Shown: positions 28,200-42,113 of the stretch, piece after piece
Numbering within the stretch: position 1 is the stretch's first letter
How the letters are laid out: each line of letters starts with the position of its first letter
NCBI RefSeq assembly: GCF_006345805.1
Contig: NC_042997.1
Span: 85,002,001 to 85,066,000, forward strand
Source of the DNA: Octopus sinensis
Taxonomy: Eukaryota
Direction: 5' to 3'
Length of the DNA stretch: 64,000 nucleotides
Notes under the pieces: model-generated
The model's input: the letters and a program-made list of their open reading frames with translations, nothing else
Database searches by the model: none
Told to the model about the DNA's origin: nothing
Translations under genes and position numbers: made by a program

Positions 28200-29700
28200 T
28201 ATCACATAGTTTCATAGGATCCAGCCTATGAGATGTCTGCATTTAGGGGTCAGTTTAGTGATGTAGTTAATGAAAGACGCACCACTTGACATGTTTACTC
28301 CTCAGTCCTGTATGTCATTAGCACTTTAAATCATTGTATTATCTGGTATCAAATAAGGTGATCAGTGTGTATTCCCTCCATTTTGATGTGTTAAATCCCA
28401 TACTGTCTTTAATCGCACCATTGATAAATGAAGTTTAGTTCATTTCGGAGAGTGAAGGCATCTTATAGAGTTTGGAAAGTCGTTGATATTTGTACGTCCT
28501 TGGCGGGGGTCGTCAGTTTGGTCGAGTGCACTTATACCTGAAAGGGTAATGATAAATAATAATGATACTAGAACCGTGCCCTGAGATGTACCACTTATTA
28601 CAGATGACTTTGCAGAGAGAAAACTCTTTGCAGTGGCAGAATGATTCCAACGCGTAAGAAGTTAGAGAGCCATTCTTCATGTTTACCAATGATACCATGA
28701 TGCTAAGTAATTCTATGGTCAATCTTGTCAAACGCTTTAGCAAAATAAAAGTGTATACAGTGACCAATCCTCTGAAGCGATTATTGAGGATAGTGTTATG
28801 GTGCTGTAATAGTTGTGACAGACAACTTCGTCCAGCCCCAAAACTATGTTGTTTATCATTTTATAGGCTGTTTTTCTCATGGTACGTAATTATTCATTTT
28901 CGGACAATGCGTTCCACAAATTTAGATGTGGGAGACAGGTCTGTAATTTTTATCTTCAGCCCTGCTACATCGTTAGTGTATAGGTTTTCTATTACATTTT
29001 TCAGTATCTGGGAATATGTCGGTATCTAGCGACTTTTAAAATAATATCTTTAATGGTTTGGCTAAGTTGTTTTGAACATTTTTAGCAATATAGCTGGGAG
29101 ATCTAGGTCATTAATAGTTACAAGTATATAATCTTCTATAATATTATTAATTTCTAGACGTGTCTCAGCAGTTGAATTCTGGGGATCAAAGAAATTGTTT
29201 GGATTATGTACTATTTTTTTTTTTTGGTTATGGGTTGGGAAAATGAGTGTTATATTATGGACTCAAGAGTGCGCATATATGTGACGATGAGCATGTTTCC
29301 ATTTTAGTCCTTGAAAGGGCCTATCTGTTTATTTGTAGCTGATCTTTGTTTGGTAAACTGGAAACTTGATATTAGACTTTATATTGTCCTCTGCTTGCTG
29401 TTCCTTCAACGAAGTTTCTTTTTCATAAAATATTTCTAGGTTCAGTTCATTACGTTTTTCGCAATTTCATATGTCAAGAGAACTTGGTTTTCAGTTTTAG
29501 TTGTTTTGTTAGTTGGTTCAGTTACGCATTAGTATCATCTCTCTCTTAGAAACTGTATTCCTTCGTTAACATTGAGGTTGCCAATCTGTTGAGACCAGTT
29601 TGTTTCGAGTATTTCAGTTTCGATTTCCTTCCCGTTGATCTTCCTGAAATTCAAGTTTATTTGGTGGGGAATCATGTTTGATGTTATTTGTGTGTTTTTC
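28200..29700 (-). mobile_element. CR1/L2-type LINE RT relic
   Basis: Frameshifted motifs KQHSFGAGRSCLSQLL, FAKAFDKIDH, SGTSQGTVLVSLL; boundaries approximate. Confidence 0.7.
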
Positions 29701-29920
29701 TATTTGAACGATATATAAATAACTGTATAATATTGTGGTCAGAAATAGCCGTTGGAATGGTCTAAACACACACATATATATATATATATATTAATAATTA
29801 GAAGACAACTACAAACACAAATTTTCACTAATACACATTAATTGAAGTCGTGGGAATGAGCACAAATTCTAAGACCCCGTACCAATAACGAAAAAATCGT
29901 AAATTGAAAAGCCAAACATA

Positions 29921-29977
29921 CCTGTATCGTCAGGATTTCGAACTTTGTGGAGGTGCCACTTACTTCTCATCAGCGAG
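29921..29977 (-). ncRNA. Hammerhead-like motif with canonical CUGAUGA/GAAA core, partly decayed
   Basis: Stem II 11 bp with 3 mismatches, stem III AUC/GAU, AUA triplet, weak stem I. Confidence 0.35.
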
Positions 29978-30290
29978 TTTCACTGACCACAAGGATCATA
30001 GATCTTGCTCACCTCAACAAATGTGCGCGATGACTGTTTTTATTTCCGCAGCAAATTTTAAAATGTGATCGGTGTGAATAATAAATTATAAAAATATATA
30101 TAAGAATATTATTGTTTACAATAATATCAGGTGGTATAGCATTTATAAAAAATACCATAAGGTAAAAAAATTATTCATTGATAATTATTAATTAATAATT
30201 TTTATCTCATGTTTTTTTATGCATGCTATGCCCCTTGATATTATTGTAAACAATGTTATCCTTATATGTATCTTTATAATACATATTTAC

Positions 30291-30326
<36 letters not shown>

Positions 30327-31806
30327 GTATATATATACGCACACATGCAGATACAATGTATATATATGTGTGTGTGTGTGTATATATATACATATATATA
30401 TAGGCGCGCGTGTGTGTGTGTATGTAAGAATGAATGAAAAAGAGATATATTAAACGCATCACTAATTGATCCGGTGCATTGCATAAATGCACACATTTTA
30501 TGCCCTCTTATTTTGCATATATGCACACGTTTACACACACACGTGTACACATACATAATAAATATATTTAAATACATATGTATATATCAACGTATTTACA
30601 TATGTATGCATGTATTTATACATGAATGTATATCTGCTTCAATAGACGAAGACAACGATCTAGTGATAGAATGTTACAACTGAAGCTTAAATCTAATGTT
30701 GTTCTAAGTATTCATTATCTTGCCATCTAACTGGGTAAGTGGGTACATTTGCTTTACACATACAACACATTCACGGAGCTTAAGATATTTGAGAATTACA
30801 AGACATTAACAAAAGTTAAGCGCACACTTCATATTCGTCAGTATTCTTACTCACTCTGGAAATTAAAGTGACGTTATAATGCAGGAAACTCTCACATTAT
30901 ATCCGGTAATTATAAAGCTTAAGAATATTTCTTATTTACTTATTTAATTTAATTTGTGATACAAGAAAAATATGAGCTTAGATAACTATTTCCGTAACGT
31001 GTACAGTAAATACAAAAGAATTGATTTCATGTCACTGTCAATTGCGATTCATTTGCTCCTATTTTGCGATTCATTTGCTCCTATTTTGCTGAAACAAAAC
31101 ACAATTGAATTTAAATGATATAATGTTGTAGAGTTATAACTTTGAATATGCATCATAGCTGCACAAATGATATTTAAAATAAAACACCATGGAATTTAAA
31201 GTTTGAAAAATATTGCATAAAGTTGATTGGAAACATCTCGATCATAGTGTTTTCTCCCTTTTGAGATTACAAAAAGATGGCTGATATCAAGGGAACACTT
31301 CGAGGAACCTGATTGTTTAGAAAGATTTGAAAGATTGTAATTTTTCTCAGAAAAAGTACGATATTTATATTTTAAACACAGTTTTGAAAGTTTTTCGTGC
31401 GATTAGAACATAAGTAGGACATGATGTTATCGTTGAGCAGAAACAAACTAATGATGCATCAAGAATATAATTTCGTTACACCAAGCCCTTGACTTCTCAA
31501 TAATTTTTATATAAACTTACGCAAATATCTACAAACAGATATATACTGAAAGGGATGGGAAGGTATATCACAACATTGATAATAAACTATCGCTCAAAAT
31601 TAGCTTCTCAAAATACGTTGCTGGTATATATAATACAAATGGGATGAGATTCACTACAGCTGTTTCAGACGTGTTTTTTTACATAGATGAACAAATCAAT
31701 AAAATCGTGTAAAAGATCGTTTTCTTCAAGTGAATTAATATCAAAATAAAATTTAGCATTTAGGATTTTTCACACAAATTAGTATATGATGCATATTACT
31801 CTCAGT

Positions 31807-32461
<655 letters not shown>

Positions 32462-33068
32462 CACTGAGCTACAAAAAGTTCAGATTTTCTGGTCGAAGCA
32501 CTCCTATCCCATCTATATATTCTTTTACACAGTATCTCTCCTGTTCTCTATATTGTTCTACTCCTCTCTACTTTCCTTTGTCTTTAATATCTTTCTATCC
32601 AATTATAGATCTTATGAAAAAGAGACATATACATACATACATACATACATTCATACATACATACATGCATACATACAACATACATACATAATACATACAT
32701 ACATAATACATACATACATAAATTTATAATTATGTATATGTGTGTTATTTCAGAGGTCGTACAAAATACAGTAGAATAGCTTAGTAGGTTAGTAGTTCGA
32801 CATAACTACATATTTTATACAACATGGCTATTCTAATTGCTATGGTACATTAATGAATATCTCCTTACATCTCATTATATATCTCTCTTTTCTCTTTCCC
32901 CTTCAACTTCTATTGCTTTCCTTTACACACACACACACACACACACCACACACACACGCGGACACACACACATACACACACACACAAACATACACACAAA
33001 CACACGCACTAACACCGATACACGCATACGCGGACACATTCGTTCTTCTCTCGGCCTTTCTCACTTAC

Positions 33069-33244
33069 TCATTTAGGTAATTTAGCAATTCAGACGGAAG
33101 TGAATATTTTCAGCTGCATTCTGGTATCCATTTCCGAAGTACAATGACATGAATTAAAGTAATAACTTCCATCATAAACGCTTAGTTCATATCCTGCTTA
33201 AATATATCAGACATAACTAACGTCCACAGAATCAGAACTTGGAG
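33069..33244 (-). other. Candidate non-coding exon
   Basis: Acceptor ttttggtttgttctgtag|, donor |gtaagt; stops in all frames. Confidence 0.22.
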
Positions 33245-33416
33245 CTACAGAACAAACCAAAAATAAAGAAAACAAAAACATAAGAAAAAAATGGGTATAT
33301 AAATCACCAGATTACAATATCGCTGGTATGGTGGTAGGGTAGACATGATGAATGTAGGTAATTTAGTGTTTTACACATGTACGTACACACACATGTACAT
33401 ATAGCATAATATATAT

Positions 33417-33457
<41 letters not shown>

Positions 33458-33676
33458 ATATATATATATATATATTGTATATATATAGTATATTATATAT
33501 ATATAAAGAGAAAGCGAGAGAGAGAGAGATAGAATGATAGATAGATAGATAATAGAAAGAAAGAAAGAAAGACGCACACCACACTTGTGAGGCGACGATG
33601 GAGTCATAAACAGAAAAAGACACGCAGACACACTCACACACACTCACACACACTCACACACACTCACACACACACC

Positions 33677-33747
<71 letters not shown>

Positions 33748-33934
33748 AATTTACTGTTAACAAAAGTCGGAATACGTGGGGTTACTAATACATAAAAAAT
33801 TCATTAAATGGTAAAAACGTACACAGGTATGAGACTGTGTATTAGTATTTCGATCTACGTTTTGTAGTTTTTAATGCATTTTCATTTATATATATATATA
33901 TATTATATTATATTATATTATATTATATTATATT

Positions 33935-34139
33935 TTACTTATTTCAGTCATTAGACTGTGGCCATGCTTGGACACTGCCTTGAAAAATCTTTCGGTCGAA
34001 TGAATCAACCCCCATACTCCATTTTTCTGCTAAGCCTGATACTTATTATACCGGATAATTTGCCGAAGCGCGAAGTTATGAGAAGATTACACCGGTTGTT
34101 AAGCAGTGGTAGGGGACAAAAAAAGATACACACACATAC

Positions 34140-34140
<1 letters not shown>
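33935..34140 (-). mobile_element. SINE family B 3' half
   Basis: Reverse complement of the family B tail (tttcagtcattagactgtggccatgc). Confidence 0.75.
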
Positions 34141-34174
<34 letters not shown>

Positions 34175-34194
34175 TGTATGTGTATATATATATA

Positions 34195-34575
34195 TCTCTA
34201 TATATAAACGGCAGTTTGTCTGTGCGTGTTTCTGTGTGTCTGTTTGCTTGTACCCTCACCCTGACCACGGCTTTCAACCGATTCTGATGAAACTTGACAC
34301 ACACATAGCCCAATGTCATATTTCAAAACTAACGCAGCGAAAATTTTGAAAAGTTCCCCCAGTTCTGAAAAAAATCGATAAATTCGACATGGGGTCGAGA
34401 ATCAGAAACACAAACCGCAAACTGTCTAGGGGACGCAACTCCACCTTTTTTCACTCTCAAAAAAAATTTAACATCATTTTTTCCCATTTTTTTGCTATTT
34501 TTTGGCTATAACTCTCTAAAAATGCTTTATAGTTATTTCCCTTACAAACCTGAGCAACGCCGGGCGATACTGCTA

Positions 34576-34576
<1 letters not shown>
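34195..34576 (+). mobile_element. Complete non-autonomous Helitron (HINE/DINE-like)
   Basis: 5' TC after A, ctgt-type repeats, 3' hairpin cctgagcaacgccggg, terminal CTAG followed by T; A|T insertion site with no TSD. Confidence 0.88.
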
Positions 34577-34633
<57 letters not shown>

Positions 34634-34849
34634 ATACAGTTGTATCTCGGGGTGGTCATTTTTTCTCTTTTGTTGCCAAATACGCACACGCACTATATAT
34701 TCGTTCTTCACTCGTATATTATTGTTCTTATTCTAACTCGTATCCATTGTCCGGAAATCTTTCGACACACATCTATGACCTCCATATATATATATACATA
34801 CATTTGCGCATATACAATTACACATTAATGCATGTAACTTTTCTAAGTT

Positions 34850-37370
34850 TATTTCAGGGCAGTCTTTTTTTGCGGATGGCATTGTAAATTGTTTTAGCAA
34901 CAACATCGTGCCGCATAGAGAGGTAGTACCGTGACGACATTTTAGTACAGCTGCTAATCACATGTGTGATGTCTTCCACAGAAACATGACATAGCCTACA
35001 CATGCGGTTGCACTTTGAGATTACAAGAGTGAAACGGTTTCTTTTCTTCATAGGTACTTTGTTCCTGGATTGCAAACGCATGGCCTTATGTCCAAAAGAG
35101 GCTGAGCTTCGTGTCAATTCTACTGTCTTCTTCAAGCTTCCGGGCAACATACCCATGTATAATCTTGTTTTTGTATGCTGAATGCTTTCCATCCAGGTTT
35201 TGTATGAGGTAAGAGAGCCCAACTGTTTGGGGGCTGTATAGGAGATCATCAAGAAGAGAGTGACTCTTGCGGAGCTCACTCCCAACTCGTGCAATGTTAC
35301 TCACTTCACTCTGCTGCACTGCATTTATATATTTATTCTTGCTGCTGTTGTTCGGCAGGTGCTGAGTGATAGCATACGGCATTCGAAGGTCGTTTGCACT
35401 GATCTCAGGCCCCTACCACCTTCATTTCTGTGACCTCTGAACATCACTATTTCCGTGGAACTCCCAAGTTGATATCAGGATATTGCGGGTTTTGATATCT
35501 ATGGAGTAGATTTCCTCTACAGACCAAACGAGTATCTGAAATGTTGGGATCAGTACTGGCACTGCAAATGTATTGTGGTATATTGTTTTGTTGTAAAAGG
35601 AGAGTTCCGACTGCCATATTTTCCTAAGTCTGGTGTAATATTTTCGGGACCATTTATCTTTATTCACAGTGCCTTCATATGATACATTTTCATCTCTGCC
35701 TTCATGTGATATATTTTTTATCTATGTCTTTGTGTGGAATGAGGAAGATAGAGTGACCGTTGATGCACAGGTTGTGGGTTTGGGGGACTGACTTTCCTCG
35801 TTCTATAACCAAATATGAACATTTTTGGCCAAATTCTATGCCTATATCAGCTGAAAATGTTGTTATTAATTCCAGCTGCTTTTTTGGCATTGCAAACACT
35901 TTTAGCATAAATCATAAGGCCGTCTACTAAGAAATTACGAGTTACATTGATATTTCTAACAGTTGTGAACCATTTGTATTCTGCAGTAGGAACGATAATG
36001 GATTCAGTGCCAAAATGAAAAGAAGTACAGAAAGACTATCTCCCCGGAATATTCCCTTTGAAATGCCTATAGTATCTGAAACGATTATTTTGTTTTCAGT
36101 TGGAAGGGTGAGAAATGTTGTTCATGTCCTTGTGAGTTTCTGTATAGCAGCAATTAGGATGGCAGGTACTTTTGCCAGATGTAGGCACTTCAACAGCCAT
36201 GAATGAGGCATAGAGTCGAATGCCTTCTTATAGTCAAACCATATGTCACAAGGTTTCTACGCTGTTTTCTTATTTGAAATAGTACAGCTTTGTTTATTAA
36301 AAGTTGTTCGGCACATCCCCACACTCCCTTCTTTCCCCTAGCCTCTTCATCAGTCACAATGTTGTTCGACTCACAATGGTTCTGGAAGAATTGGTTGCGG
36401 CAACTTGTGTTTGTACATAATGTTTAGGCAAGCAATGGGCCTGTAGTTTCCTGCCATCACGGTGATATCATTTTTGGCAACAAGATTTGCCCTTGATGTA
36501 GCAATCCAATTTGGTATATCAGTGTGACCTTTCATAGTCCTTTTGAACATACATATCAACTGGTTTCTATAAAATGTCAGCTTCTTGTACCAATATCCAA
36601 CTATCAGGTCCATTCTAGGTGCCTTCCAACCTGCAGTCTGCCTACTACTATGGCGAAGGTTTCTGCATCAATTTTGTATGTTTTTATTTATTATTTTTTT
36701 TACAGTATTCTCTCTCAATTGTATTTAACCATGCTGCATTCGGGTTGAAATCCCATTTTTTGTTCCAAATTTTTGACCAAAATGATTGCAGATCTTCTTG
36801 GGAGGGAGATTTCTTAATGGTAATGTTTTCCTTCCTCATCTCCCTCATCTGTAAGTTGGAAACAAACTTGCGAGTGATACTGACTCGTTCAAAAATTTGC
36901 ATGCGATAGTGGAACTTCTCGCTCATCGTCCTGAGTTCCTGTTTTAATGTGATCAGCTTTCGCTCAAGAACTCATTGTGAAGAGTTGCCATAAAGTTTCG
37001 TTAATTTTTGTCTATGGTAGAGTTGGTGAGTTGTAAACTCATTTTTCTCCTTACAGTTTGTTGTAGTTAACCATCCGATATGACGGCGTACGTTATTGAT
37101 GTTTTCTTCAAGTTTTGTTTTCCATCTAAGTTGTTTCCGTTTAGTAATTTCGTTACTTTGTTCACTGTAGATTTCTCCTAGGTGTTCTTTAAGAGTTATA
37201 GCGACTTTGTATATATAAGAGTATTTAAATTCCTGTAATTTACTTCACATGATTCCATGTGCTCCCCAGCAACATCGTTGATAACTTTAAACATTAGATC
37301 GGTCGGATTTTTTCTAACTTTTGTTCGGAATGGTTTGTTGCTCTACGAAAGCTTCGAGAAAATGGCAATT
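34850..37370 (-). mobile_element. R4/Dong-like LINE relic (RT plus CCHC knuckle)
   Basis: NYRPIACLNIMYK, GIFRGDSLS, FSADIGIEFG, CRLCHVSVEDITHVISSC...RHDVVAK; many disablements. Confidence 0.88.
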
Positions 37371-37878
37371 TTTTTTACGAATTGTAATTTTAACATGTAT
37401 GTATGTATGTATGTATGTATGTATGTATGTATGTATGTATGTATGTATTTAAGTGTGTATGTATGCATGTATATATATATATGTGTGTGTAGCTACACTA
37501 ATGTATGTGTGTGTTTATGTGTGTATTATGTACGTATTTATGTATATGTAAAACTATGTATACCCATTTAATGCCCTCCGGGAAGTGTAAGTCAGGATAT
37601 GCTATTAATAATACATGACACTAATTCAATTATTTCACATATTTTGTATTATTTTTGGCAGTCCCCGAGATAAATTTGTCAGCTTGCCTTCCTACACTTG
37701 ATACATTCGGACCCAATGAATTGATAGCCTCAGTGCAATTTCCGTAGCTTAAAAATTCGGCCATTCCTACCTACTAAAGTGCATTAGACTTTATAGAATT
37801 TTCATTACTCTTTCTTTTTTTCATCTTATTTTTAAGGACAGAATGTGTAAACTGCTCCATTAATATTATATTGTATGC

Positions 37879-38089
37879 AAGGCGGCGAGGTGGCAGGAAC
37901 GTTAGCGCACCGAGCGAAATGCTTGTTGGTATTTTGTATGTCTACGTTCTGAGTTCAAATTCCACCGAGGCCGACTTTGCCTTTCATCCTTTTGGGGTCG
38001 ATAAATTAAGTACCGGTTGCGTACTGGGGTTGATCTAATCAACTGGCCCCCTCCCCCAAATTTCAGGCCTTGTGCCTAGAGTAGAAAAG
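37879..38089 (+). mobile_element. Full-length SINE family A with 17-bp TSD
   Basis: B-box-like gagttcaaattcc; aatattatattgtatgc duplicated at 37862-37878 and 38090-38106. Confidence 0.92.
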
Positions 38090-38821
38090 AATATTATATT
38101 GTATGCTTACATTACAGTTTTATCGAAACTAGACTAGAATGGAATCGTAACGGAAAACCTTATTCATACGTTGACTCGAAATCTGCATGCAAGAGAGATG
38201 TTTTTCATAGATGATTTTTCCACTTATTTTTGTGTGCAAACAAACTAACCCTTTACACAGTTATCTACTGAACAGTACTATTACACAAAAGCCGCATTTG
38301 AAGACTCTTGGGCGTATCTTAGATTTTAGGGACGAGTTGGCCCATTAGAGGGTTGAACAAAATTCTTTGTATCCTGCTCTTAATGTTTGGAGTTGAAATC
38401 TTACCGAGATCAATTTCATCCTTTCTTGGGTTGATAAGATGAAATACTTGTAATTACTAAGGTCAATTTCATCAACAATTACACTTACACCAAATTTGTG
38501 CTTAGTTCAGAAATTGTTTTAAATCGATCTGATAAAAATAAGTACAGACCGCAACAATGATAATACTGTTTCAAGTGTCGATCTCACAAAACCAATACAA
38601 TGAAGTGAAAGATACGATTAGATGTCCTGTAATTAGTCAAATCTGTTTCGTGATTAAGCAAAGTTGTAACATGAGTATATAGTTGATACACATGCTAAAG
38701 CCTTGCTTATTCACGAATGAGATTTAACCAATTATTGGACATCTAATCACATCGATCTTTTTCTGTATTGTATCGGTTTTATGAGGTCGACATTTGAAAC
38801 AGTATTATCATTGCTACGATC

Positions 38822-39046
38822 TTTGCACTCACGATCACAAGATCATGAGTTCGATTCCTCGAGTGGGCTGCACTTTGGTTTCTTGAGCAAACTACTTCAT
38901 TTCACTTTGCTCCAGTACCCACTTTAGATCGGAGGGAGAATGTTGGCCTGCTCCATAGCTAAAAGCTAAAACATTGCAAATGTGCATTGTGGCCAGCGAT
39001 GTGTCACAACTTCTGATAGCCTGGTCGGTCACGTGATCACGTGATA
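38822..39046 (+). mobile_element. SINE family C copy
   Basis: tRNA-like head gagttcgattcc followed by ttcttgagcaaactacttcatttcac, shared with 61660-61945. Confidence 0.7.
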
Positions 39047-39149
39047 TCAACTATACCTGTCTATTTTAACTTTCACTTGTGTCAGTATTGGAATCAGTGG
39101 ATTTTGACCATACCGAGGCACTGACTGGAAGGTATTTCAGTGGAACTAT

Positions 39150-39173
39150 TCACTCACACTCCCCAGTACTTCT

Positions 39174-39215
<42 letters not shown>

Positions 39216-39520
39216 TTTGTGTGTGTCTGTGTGTGTGTGTCTTTGTTTCTGTGTCTGTACCACCTGGCTTGTTTACGTCCCCGTAATGTAGCGGTTCGGC
39301 TAAGTGGACCGATTAAATAAGTACTAGACTTTTAAAAAATATGTGTGGTGGGGTTTGTACATATAACAGGCTTCTTTATGTCTACCAAATCCACTCATAA
39401 GTTTTTAGTCGCCCCGGGGCCATAGTAGGAGGCTTTTGCTCAAGATTCCATGCAGTGGGGCTGAACCCGAAACCATGACGTTGGGAAGCAAACTTCTCAC
39501 CACAGGACCATGCCGGTTCC
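39150..39520. mobile_element. Two SINE family B fragments in opposite orientation
   Basis: Plus-strand body (gtttacgtccccgtaatgtagcggttcggc) then minus-strand head (ctaccaaatccactca...gaacccgaaaccatg). Confidence 0.7.
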
Positions 39521-39711
39521 TGCATCTTCAATTGTTAAAGGAAAAAAGTTTACATGTAGGTATCGTAGGAAATATGTCGCTGAAAATTATGTCCAGAAAA
39601 TAGGATCATAGTGAAGGAAAACCGGAGTGCATGAAAAGTATGGATTGATGGTGAACAGAAAAATGCTTCAGTGTATCTTATCTAAAATGAATTCAAGGGT
39701 ATCAGTATATA

Positions 39712-40164
39712 CCGTAAATCCTCGAGTATAATCCGCATTTTTTTCCCAAAATTTAAAGGTCAAAATCTCTAGTACGTACTATATACGAGGTTAAAAAGGA
39801 AAAATATTTTTTGTGATGTCGGGCGGGAAAATTGCCTGAAAGTAATGAAGTCATAAAAGAATCATCCATAACTTGCAGTATAACTTGCAGTATAAAATAA
39901 AAGTATTCAGAACACAGAATAACATGTAACAAAAACAATTTGCAAACATATTTATATTCCCATATAACAGTTAAGAACATCACCATTATTGTATTACGCA
40001 TGCACGGAAGTGTTTGTTCGACTAGGTGCTGGCTTAATTACGCACGACTCAAGTTAGTGAAGAGTTGCGTATTATACACAAGGTTTAGGTTTTTCAGAGG
40101 TACAGCCCCCTAAAAATCCCCTGCGTATTATACTCAAAGGCGGACTATACTCGAGGATTTACGG
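39712..40164. mobile_element. Complete Tc1/mariner-superfamily (Tc2/pogo-like) MITE
   Basis: 25-bp TIRs CCGTAAATCCTCGAGTATA(A/G)TCCGC with 1 mismatch, TA on both sides, no ORF. Confidence 0.9.
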
Positions 40165-40720
40165 TATACAGCTGGCAGCTGATTGTCTAGAAATTCGGGC
40201 AAGCAAATAATGGTTTGAAAAGTCCAATAAAGGGGCATCTTTGCATAAATTTAAACTGACTAAATAAATAAGTATATCAGTATAATATAAATGAGAAACT
40301 ACAACAAGATTCATTAAAATTTTGACTGACTTTGAGAAAGAAGCTTATGCTGCATAACTGACTTAAATGTTTTATTTTGAAAGAAGACGCCTGGAAGAAC
40401 ATTCGAAGATGCAATTACACCTGAGCATAAAGCATCTCACTGACATACTGGCACTAACTACTAGTGGCAATGTAGATAATGATATAAATTAAAACCATGT
40501 TGAAAATACTTGAGCTTTGAAAAGAGTCTAAAATAATGCAACAGTCATTTGAAAAGCAAATGCTAAGATTTAGGTAAATGCAGTTACCTTTCAAACATGC
40601 TTTAATGTTCGTTTTGTTCTTGAAATTGCAAAAAATATTGTTTCAAGAATATTTCATCCTTTAAAGACACTGTCGGTGTCATACGATGCTGTTAGCTTTC
40701 CTAACGTAATGAAGGTATAA

Positions 40721-40773
<53 letters not shown>

Positions 40774-41353
40774 ATTACAGTGGTGGTGGTGGTGGTGCTA
40801 GTGGTGGTAGTAATGCTGCTGGTGCTGGTGGGACTGGTGGGGCTGGTTGTTGGTGGCAGTAGCACTTGTTTTTGATGGCGGTGGTGGTGGTGGTGATGGT
40901 AAAAAGTATATCTGTACTTATTAGATCTAGTTTTTAATTTTTAGTGTGAGCGAGTATGTACATTTCCATGTAAGTATGTGTATGTATATATATTTCGAGT
41001 GGTTGAGTGTGCGTTCGTGTGTGTGCGTGTGTATGCGTGTGTGAGTAAAAATCATACAGATTTCTCACGATCATCTCATTCATAAACATAATGCAACATA
41101 AATGTTTATATATATATGCATTAAAAATACTTAATAAATGCATAAAATTTGGCTGAATTGGAAGCTTTAATGTTTGTGTGCGTGGATCTGTGAGTATATG
41201 TATATATATGCATACACACACAAACACACACTCATATATATGTATACATACATATACATATTGTGTTATATAAATATATATATTTACATAACATTTCACT
41301 CTCTATTTCGTATTTTATCCAAATTAATTATTGCTTAACCATTTTCTCACACC

Positions 41354-41400
41354 GTCTCCGATGAAGGGATATAATAAATATCCTGGAACAGCTGTAAGAC
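41354..41400 (+). ncRNA. Hammerhead-like motif in a short dispersed repeat (41292-41402)
   Basis: Stem I GUCU/AGAC, CCGAUGA-A, stem II GGGAUAU/AUAUCCU, palindrome ACAGCUGU, GUA triplet; this copy reads GGA where GAA is expected. Confidence 0.5.
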
Positions 41401-41480
41401 CTATTCATAAATGTTCTAAAATCTTCCCACCCTTAGTTTTTTATATCATTCTGAAAAGAAATTATATATATATATATATA

Positions 41481-41534
<54 letters not shown>

Positions 41535-41657
41535 GAGAGAGAGAGAGAGAGAGAGGGAGAAAAGAGAAAATAGAAGTTGAAAATGCACTGAGCATACTTG
41601 AAAGTTACACTGATTTTCAAAAATGTGAAATAGAAAGACGTGGCTAATGTCACAGCT

Positions 41658-42113
41658 GCTAACCACAAACTAGTGACGAAATCTCTCTCCATTTGCAGTC
41701 ATCGCTCCCATTTCAGTCCTATATAAGACAGCCACGTTTTCTTGGCATATAAGCACTACTATCCGGTACTGTTACTGTACATATTTCGCTCAGAGATTGA
41801 AAACAAATTGTTTTCTCTACACGAGATCAGCGACTGTGTGTCGCTTAGAAAATATATATTATTTGCAAGTGGAGAGAGCTTTCGTCACTACTTTGTGATT
41901 AACTCACACTGAGGACGGATAACATTCAAAAATCTAGGTTTGTGAGTATCACCTAAGGCTAGAGATGGGAACGATAACCTCCCTTGCAAATGTTATACGG
42001 ACACAAACTGTGTGTCGAGAGCCAACTGGAAAATATGTTTTGCTGTGTTTAAAACAACAGTAACATCGTCTTTTATAGGACTGCCACGTTTTTTTGGCAT
42101 ATAAACATTACTA
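41658..42113. repeat. Mosaic of 40-bp inverted and 40-bp direct repeats
   Basis: 41658-41697 inverted to 41864-41903; 41722-41761 direct to 42074-42113. Confidence 0.8.
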
